Positions 61,337-64,000 of a DNA stretch of 64,000 nt are shown here, piece after piece; position 1 is the stretch's first letter; each line of letters begins with the position of its first letter. A program made the position numbers and the translations under genes. Under the pieces are notes generated by a model. That model saw only the letters and a list, made by a program, of their open reading frames with translations, was not told where the DNA came from and searched no databases. The DNA comes from Planctomycetota bacterium (GTDB lineage: Bacteria > Planctomycetota > B15-G4): contig JBBQUR010000006.1 in NCBI GenBank assembly GCA_038212275.1, positions 180,262 through 244,261 of the forward strand. The letters run 5' to 3'.

Positions 61337-61745
61337 GGATCTTCACGCCTCGGATGATCCCGTCCCGCTGTGCCTCTCGGATCTGCCGCATCCGGATCTC
61401 GCCGACGATCGCCGCGCCAACGGTGAGACTGTGCAGCAGCCGCACCGCCGAGGTCACACGGTCAACGCTGGGCCAGTCTTCTGGTTCTTCTGACACCATC
61501 CACGGGTCCCACGCGAGCGGGTGCCAACCCACTGCACCGAAGTAGTCTCGCCAGGCATCGAAGGCCGGCCACGTGAACGTCTCCCCGATGAACGCGTCGG
61601 CCAGCTCTGCTCGGAAGTCAAAGTGCTGCTGATCGGCGAGCGCCTGGCGCCCGCGCACGAGCACTGACTCATAGAGCAGGCCGCCTAGGACGGACAGGCC
61701 ATTGAGGTCGAGGAGCGGAACCGTGGGTAGCGGATGGTTCACCAC
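61200..61745 (-). CDS. Hypothetical protein with MuF/SPP1 gp7-like C-terminal Cys motif
   Basis: [11 protein letters not shown]....[11 protein letters not shown] resembles the C...G.vy...PP.HP.CRC motif of phage head morphogenesis proteins; start uncertain. Confidence 0.5.
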   Translation of the reverse strand: MVNHPLPTVPLLDLNGLSVLGGLLYESVLVRGRQALADQQHFDFRAELADAFIGETFTWPAFDAWRDYFGAVGWHPLAWDPWMVSEEPEDWPSVDRVTSAVRLLHSLTVGAAIVGEIRMRQIREAQRDGIIRGVKILSSGHRVSPLCAAREGHVYTDLDVLPPVPAYPGCGCVFRTILAPR

Positions 61746-61767
61746 GGGGCATCGGGTTCGGCGGCCA

Positions 61768-62199
61768 TCACGACTTCGACGTCGGCCCCACCGAGCCCAG
61801 CGCGCTGCTCGCAGCCTCGAGCTCAGCGACGGTCTTCGGCTTGCCCTCTGGGGTGGCCGGCGCCGGCGGCTCTGCGCCGAAGCGGGTGCCGCATTGCCGG
61901 CAGTAGAGGAGTCCGTCATAGATGAGCAGGATCCAGCCCACGAACCAGATGACGGCTACGACGCTCGCAAGCATGGCGAACGTGGCAATCGGGCGGGACG
62001 GCGACCCGTGGCCACCGGAGGTACTCAGCGCCTCGGATCCCGGAGCTGTCACGAGGCAAATGCCGACGACCAAGCAGGGCAGCGCCAGGCCGAGAATTGC
62101 GGCGCGCAGAATTCTCGCCGAGGTGACGCCCTGCCGCAGGTGCGCGGTCTCGCGCTTGCAGTGAGTGCACTGCAGGAATGCTTCGGGGGAGAGCTTCAC
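61768..62199 (-). CDS. Membrane protein, CxxC-TM-TM-CxxC (LITAF-like zinc ribbon topology)
   Basis: CTHCKRETAH...two hydrophobic helices...CRQCG; GTGA overlap with the upstream gene. Confidence 0.65.
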   Translation of the reverse strand: MKLSPEAFLQCTHCKRETAHLRQGVTSARILRAAILGLALPCLVVGICLVTAPGSEALSTSGGHGSPSRPIATFAMLASVVAVIWFVGWILLIYDGLLYCRQCGTRFGAEPPAPATPEGKPKTVAELEAASSALGSVGPTSKS

Positions 62200-62702
62200 G
62201 GCTCGCACACCGAGCACGGCCCATAGCGTCCCTGTGCTTCGGAGAGTTTCATGGACGTCCCCGTCTTCGCGTATCGACATGATGCCGTGTGGTACTTCGT
62301 GCCGCTCTTGGTCACGTAGACGATGGGGTCGGCGCTTGAGGCCGGAGTCGGAGTGACGAGAGGCTGGCCCTCTTTCGGCGACGAGCGCGCAGCGCCCGCG
62401 CCAAAGATGGCGGCGCCGTCGCTGCCGGAGAGCTGCAGCGATGCTCGACCTGCCTGCGTGCCCAGGAATGCCGTCTCGGAGTTGGGCGCGCTGCCGATGG
62501 TGAGGCCGACGGTGCCGTTCTCCAGCACGCCCAGCGTTGCCGCCGCATTGCCGTCGCCGTCGACGATGATGACCTGCGTCGCGCGCAGCACGGTTGGCTC
62601 AGCGCGGCTCGCTGCGACGAGCGCTACGACGAGGGCCACGCAGAGTGCGCCAGCGGCGAATGCCCAGACGGCGGGCGAACGAGGCGTCGCGCGTGCCGTC
62701 AC
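62196..62702 (-). CDS. Exported protein with C-terminal Ada-like metal-binding motif
   Basis: N-terminal TM; VYVTKSGTKYHTASCRY...GPCSVCEP tail; start uncertain. Confidence 0.7.
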   Translation of the reverse strand: MTARATPRSPAVWAFAAGALCVALVVALVAASRAEPTVLRATQVIIVDGDGNAAATLGVLENGTVGLTIGSAPNSETAFLGTQAGRASLQLSGSDGAAIFGAGAARSSPKEGQPLVTPTPASSADPIVYVTKSGTKYHTASCRYAKTGTSMKLSEAQGRYGPCSVCEP

Positions 62703-62730
62703 GGGAAGAATGCTTCGGGGTGGAGGCGCA

Positions 62731-63069
62731 TCAGGTTGCCGGCGGCGGGGCCCTGCGGTCTGCCTTGTATGCGTGGGAGACTGATCCGTCGGCGGCACCG
62801 CACTCTCCACAAATGGCGGGGACTTCACCCTCGTTGAATTGCTGGCATCCCAGGACGACGAAGAACGCTGCGACCACGAGGCCGCACAGCGGGCCGAGGA
62901 ATCCCGGGATATTGTCCGTCGCGGTGCAGGCGCCGTAGAGGATGGACGGCAGCAGCAGCATCCAGGCGGCGAGGCGCAGGAGCGAGACCGCGGACGCCTG
63001 TCCGCGGTAATGCAGCGTCGGTTTCGCGCACGCGCCGCAGCGCTGCACGCTTTCGGGGTGGAGGGTCAT
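62731..63069 (-). CDS. Membrane protein, CxxC-TM-TM-CxxC (LITAF-like zinc ribbon topology)
   Basis: CGACAKPTLH...two hydrophobic helices...CGECG. Confidence 0.65.
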   Translation of the reverse strand: MTLHPESVQRCGACAKPTLHYRGQASAVSLLRLAAWMLLLPSILYGACTATDNIPGFLGPLCGLVVAAFFVVLGCQQFNEGEVPAICGECGAADGSVSHAYKADRRAPPPAT

Positions 63070-63071
63070 GG

Positions 63072-63794
63072 CTATCGGCTTGCCGGCACGCGAGGCGACG
63101 ATTTCCTAGCGACAGCGCGTTCCGATGCGGCGAGGAATCCACGAATTGTGAAGCCGTGCGCCATCGCGAGCAGGAGATTCCCGCCCCCCTTGAATCTCAC
63201 TTTGAATCCGGATTCTGCTCGGCCTTCTAAGTATCCATCTGGCAACTCGACTGCCACGGTCTCATCTACTGAGCCGTCGTCATTCGTGGTGCGACCGAGG
63301 TTGACTACCTCGAAGATGTTGCCCTCAGCGTCCTCTGCAAAGTCCACATGCACCCAGTCTTCTGCCGGATGCGAGACGGCAAGTAGAGTTGCAGCGGGGC
63401 TAGTTCCATTCGCCTCAATATATGTCCGGTAGAAGAGCCACCGTCCGCCGGCGATCTCATGGATTCCCGAGCCCACGGTCAGTCGTCCGGCGGAATCGGT
63501 GGACTCAGAACATCTTGTGGCCGCACTGACTGCGTCGATGTCTGAGTTCGCGATCAACGTGGACCAAGAGTCTTGAGGGCCTAGGGAAGGGACGGCCTCG
63601 GAAACGAGTGACTGCGCAATCCCGTCGTACCGCTGCAGGCGAGCCTCCGCGTTGGGCACGGTTAGGGCGGCGCGGAGCTGCGCCACAAGATCCTCGTAGG
63701 CCGAATTCGCCGGCGCCCCGAAACCGAGAAGGCTGGCTTCTACGGCGACGAGTAGCGCCACGCTGACTGCCGACCGGAGCGCACCTCGTCCCAT
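63072..63794 (-). CDS. Exported hypothetical protein, atypical (lower GC) codon usage
   Basis: Signal-peptide-like N-terminus; visibly more A/T-rich than core genes; start uncertain. Confidence 0.55.
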   Translation of the reverse strand: MGRGALRSAVSVALLVAVEASLLGFGAPANSAYEDLVAQLRAALTVPNAEARLQRYDGIAQSLVSEAVPSLGPQDSWSTLIANSDIDAVSAATRCSESTDSAGRLTVGSGIHEIAGGRWLFYRTYIEANGTSPAATLLAVSHPAEDWVHVDFAEDAEGNIFEVVNLGRTTNDDGSVDETVAVELPDGYLEGRAESGFKVRFKGGGNLLLAMAHGFTIRGFLAASERAVARKSSPRVPASR

Positions 63795-63859
63795 TCCTCG
63801 CACCCCCGCGGAGAAGCCCGGAAGAGTGCCCGACGGGGCCGGATCGCGCAAGTGGCGGC

Positions 63860-63926
63860 GGAGGATAAGACATCCAAGACCCCCACCTTACGCCCCTCCG
63901 CAGCGGCTCGCCACGGCCCGCCCCCT
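63860..63926 (+). repeat. 67-bp att-like direct repeat, copy C
   Basis: One mismatch to 60676-60742; a further GGCCCGCCAC 10-mer follows at 63961. Confidence 0.92.
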
Positions 63927-64000
63927 CTGAACCCGCCTTCGCTTCGCTGATCACGTCTTCGGCCCGCCACTCGCGGACTCACCCTGTCGGCCTCTTGCTG

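Larger units (their letters stand above)
58369..64000. mobile_element. Accessory/genomic-island-like region (may extend beyond the window); no integrase seen
   Basis: Gene fragments, three co-oriented repeats, phage-like small ORFs, composition shift. Confidence 0.6.

Noticed and set aside
60676..63926. 67-bp repeats as integron attC sites or CRISPR repeats
   Set aside because: No RYYYAAC...GTTRRRY ends, kilobase spacing, and no intI or cas gene seen.
63850..63930. tRNA/tmRNA 3' end (minus strand ends ...CCTCCGCCGCCA)
   Set aside because: No T-loop GTTCRA or cloverleaf can be built.

Overview
High-GC bacterial chromosomal window, most likely from a Planctomycetota-like organism (inferred from gene content, not a database search). 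Core region (1-58.3 kb): the 3' end of an NRPS, an M32 carboxypeptidase, an S8 protease, a phoB-phoR-phoU cluster with a divergent OprO/P-type porin, and two cobalamin riboswitches (one ahead of a BtuF/C/D-like ABC operon, one ahead of two secreted proteins). It also holds an ECF sigma module, a DUF2946-like RGPP leader ORF ahead of a porin plus Zn/Mn ABC operon, katG, a cytochrome c peroxidase, a degT-asnB-orn-EVE operon, an MNT-HEPN pair, and a CRTAC1-like/MBOAT/SGNH cluster. The last ~5.6 kb is an accessory region with gene fragments and phage-like small genes. Most notable observations: (1) one ~125-aa C-terminal domain is shared by four (possibly six) unrelated secreted proteins, a candidate lineage-specific sorting/anchoring signal; (2) three co-oriented copies of a 51-67-bp hairpin/att-like site punctuate the accessory region at gene-truncation junctions; (3) a probable ribosome-arrest metal-sensing leader controls a porin-ABC operon with no TonB gene in the window; (4) a riboswitch-controlled pair of candidate extracellular B12-capture proteins; (5) a ~0.9-kb non-coding element made of inverted REP-like arms around a 14-bp minisatellite. 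Many start codons were re-chosen by eye and are approximate.
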